DNA of 64,000 nt from Octopus bimaculoides (Eukaryota), in contig NC_068984.1 in assembly GCF_001194135.2 (NCBI RefSeq), positions 146,110,520 through 146,174,519 of the forward strand, written 5' to 3'. This document shows, one piece after another, positions 62,222-64,000 of this stretch. The number at the start of each line of letters is the position of its first letter. Position 1 is the stretch's first letter. Under the pieces are notes generated by a model. It was not told the origin of the DNA and did no database searches. It was given only the letters and a program-made list of their open reading frames with translations. The position numbers were made by a program, and so were the translations under genes.

Positions 62222-63767
62222 CTAAATATTAAAACAATAAGTAATTAAACAATTATAATACACTACACACACAAAAAGAAGACAAAAAAAAAAACATGCA
62301 CATATTTCTTTTCTTGAAGGTTAAAGAGTGAAGAAGAAACTAGTGAGACAGATTTTCTATGGCCAGATGTCCTTCCTGTAGCCAACCCTCACCTGCTTCC
62401 AAGCAAAATAACATTTCTCCATGGCCACAGATGATTCCACAGAATATTGGAAATGAATGAATTTACAGTTATTACACAACGTCACGACAAGGAGACACAC
62501 AAACACACACACATGCAGATCCTAAAAGCATTGTCTGTGGTTGCATCCTAGGCCCTGTCCCGATACCCATTCTGCTCTATCAAACATTCCCCACATCTCC
62601 ACTCTTTCCCCATCCCCCAACACTCTGCGTTACCAGTCACTGCCTCCCCACCACAACTTCCCTCCTGTATTTTCATCATCATCCTTACTATATTCACCCA
62701 ATTACCTCCTATCTCTGCCTCCAGTTACTCTCCATCTCATCTCTGCCTCCAGTTACTCTCCATCTCATCTCTGCCTTCATTCCCAATGCCCTCCTTCATC
62801 AGCTACCAAGTCCACGCTTATCTCCCTCCATGTCTCCCTCCCTTCCACTCCTTGCTCATCGTCCCCTACTTCCTCATCTCTCTCCCCTTGCCCTTTCCCA
62901 TCAAGCTGCACTCCCACTCGTTTGTCACTACCTTCACTGCTAACTCCTACCTCTGACCATCTGTCACTCTCCCCTCACACTCTTATAACTACTCACCCCC
63001 TTCTTTCCCTTCCTCATCCATATCCTTTCTGGCCCCTCGAGGGTTTGCTCTGGCACACCATAACAACCATCTCTTCTTACTTCCTAGCTAGTCCCATCCA
63101 CTCATATAATGTGGGGCAACCATTCATCTTCACCATGGTAACACATCTGGACTGGTCCCTCCTTCCATACTTTAACCACAACCACCACCAGGATGTTAAC
63201 TGAAGAAGAAGATGAGGAAGATATATATGACAGATTTATTTTCATTTCTGTCCACCAAATCCACTCACAAGGCTTTGGTCAGCCTGGAGCTATAGTAGAT
63301 GGCACTTGCCCAAGGTGCCACACAGTGGGACTGAACCAGAATCTATGTGGGTGAAGAGTAAATTTCTTAAGCACACACCCGTGCCTGGGTGCTCCTAAGA
63401 AACACTAACCAAAAGAAATGAGAAATATTGAGAGCAGTTGCAAATGGAACCCTTTTACATATTGTCCCTGACTTCAGATGTTTGAGCTGCAAAATCAGTC
63501 ACATTAATATCTCCCGTGTATGTAGAGATTAATAAGTCGGGTGGGACTGAAAGATCCTCAACATGGAATATTAAAAAAAATAAACAAACATCAATACCAT
63601 GTTTCAGAATTACCAATTCTTGTGTGCATATTTGTGAGTGTATATGTAAAATGATTTTGCAGAGACATAGTGAGACAACCTGCTGTTAGGACTCAATAAA
63701 GATAGGCTTTAGAGGAAAGCATTAGTTCAGTACAGGGCATAATATAAATTGATTGAATGACAAGAAC

Positions 63768-64000
63768 ATCATCATCATCATCATCATCGTTTAACGTCCG
63801 CTTTCCATGCTAGCATGGGTTGGACGATTTGACTGAGGACTGGTGAAACCGGATGGCAACACCAGGCTCCAGTCTAATTTGGCAGAGTTTCTACAGCTGG
63901 ATGCCCTTCCTAACGCCAACCACTCAGAGAGTGTAGTGGGTGCTTTTACGTGTCACCCGCACGAAAACGGCCACGCTCGAAATGGTGTCTTTTATGTGCC
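63768..64000 (-). mobile_element. Short RTE-3'-end/SINE-like repeat (representative of the most abundant family)
   Basis: (cat)n-cgtttaacgtccgctttccatgctagcatgggttgg...gtttctacagctggatgcccttcctaacgccaaccac; same sequence as the RTE tail at 24460; other copies near 3770, 4655, 14700, 28370, 31085, 34380, 36175, 39865, 55145, 58760, 60620, and inverted near 20150-20300, 49640-49910, 53500-53900. Confidence 0.85.

Noticed and set aside
62541-63203. 220-aa S/P/L-rich ORF
   Set aside because: Low-complexity pyrimidine tract, non-ATG start, antisense intronic
63459-63546. Open minus-strand segment with AG/GT ends (PPDLLISTYTGDINVTDFAAQTSEVRDN) as an upstream KIAA0319L exon
   Set aside because: Ends in phase 2 while the next exon needs phase 0, no PKD1 similarity, and the expected first half of PKD1 is not between them

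Overview
AT-rich, microsatellite- and repeat-dense eukaryotic genomic DNA with two assembly gaps (13675-14268, 41333-42280). The repeat landscape suggests a coleoid cephalopod, probably Octopus; this is inference, not verified. Three spliced protein-coding genes were reconstructed by hand from GT-AG sites with consistent exon phases. (1) The 3' end of a ZMYND8/PRKCBP1-like gene (+, 6 exons, 65-10736: coiled coil, MYND finger, long S/T/Q/P-rich tail). (2) An LKAAEAR1-like gene (+, 5 coding exons, 26662-35581, 130 aa). (3) The 3' part of a KIAA0319/KIAA0319L (AAVR)-like receptor (-, 15 confident exons from 62221 to 41047 plus a tentative last exon at 39654-39730: end of PKD1, PKD2-5, Cys-rich segment, TM, tail). 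The rest is mostly tRNA-derived SINEs, LINE fragments (RTE, CR1-like, RLE-type), a mariner relic and several MITE/foldback elements. The most unusual item is a tRNA-headed element carrying a minimal hammerhead-ribozyme-like motif, present as a head-to-head palindrome nested in another SINE; four more degenerate hammerhead-like motifs occur elsewhere. Also notable are a TIR element with an 8-bp TSD and a central telomere-repeat palindrome, and several long hairpins in or next to the LKAAEAR1-like transcription unit. No database searches or folding were run, and repeat boundaries are approximate.
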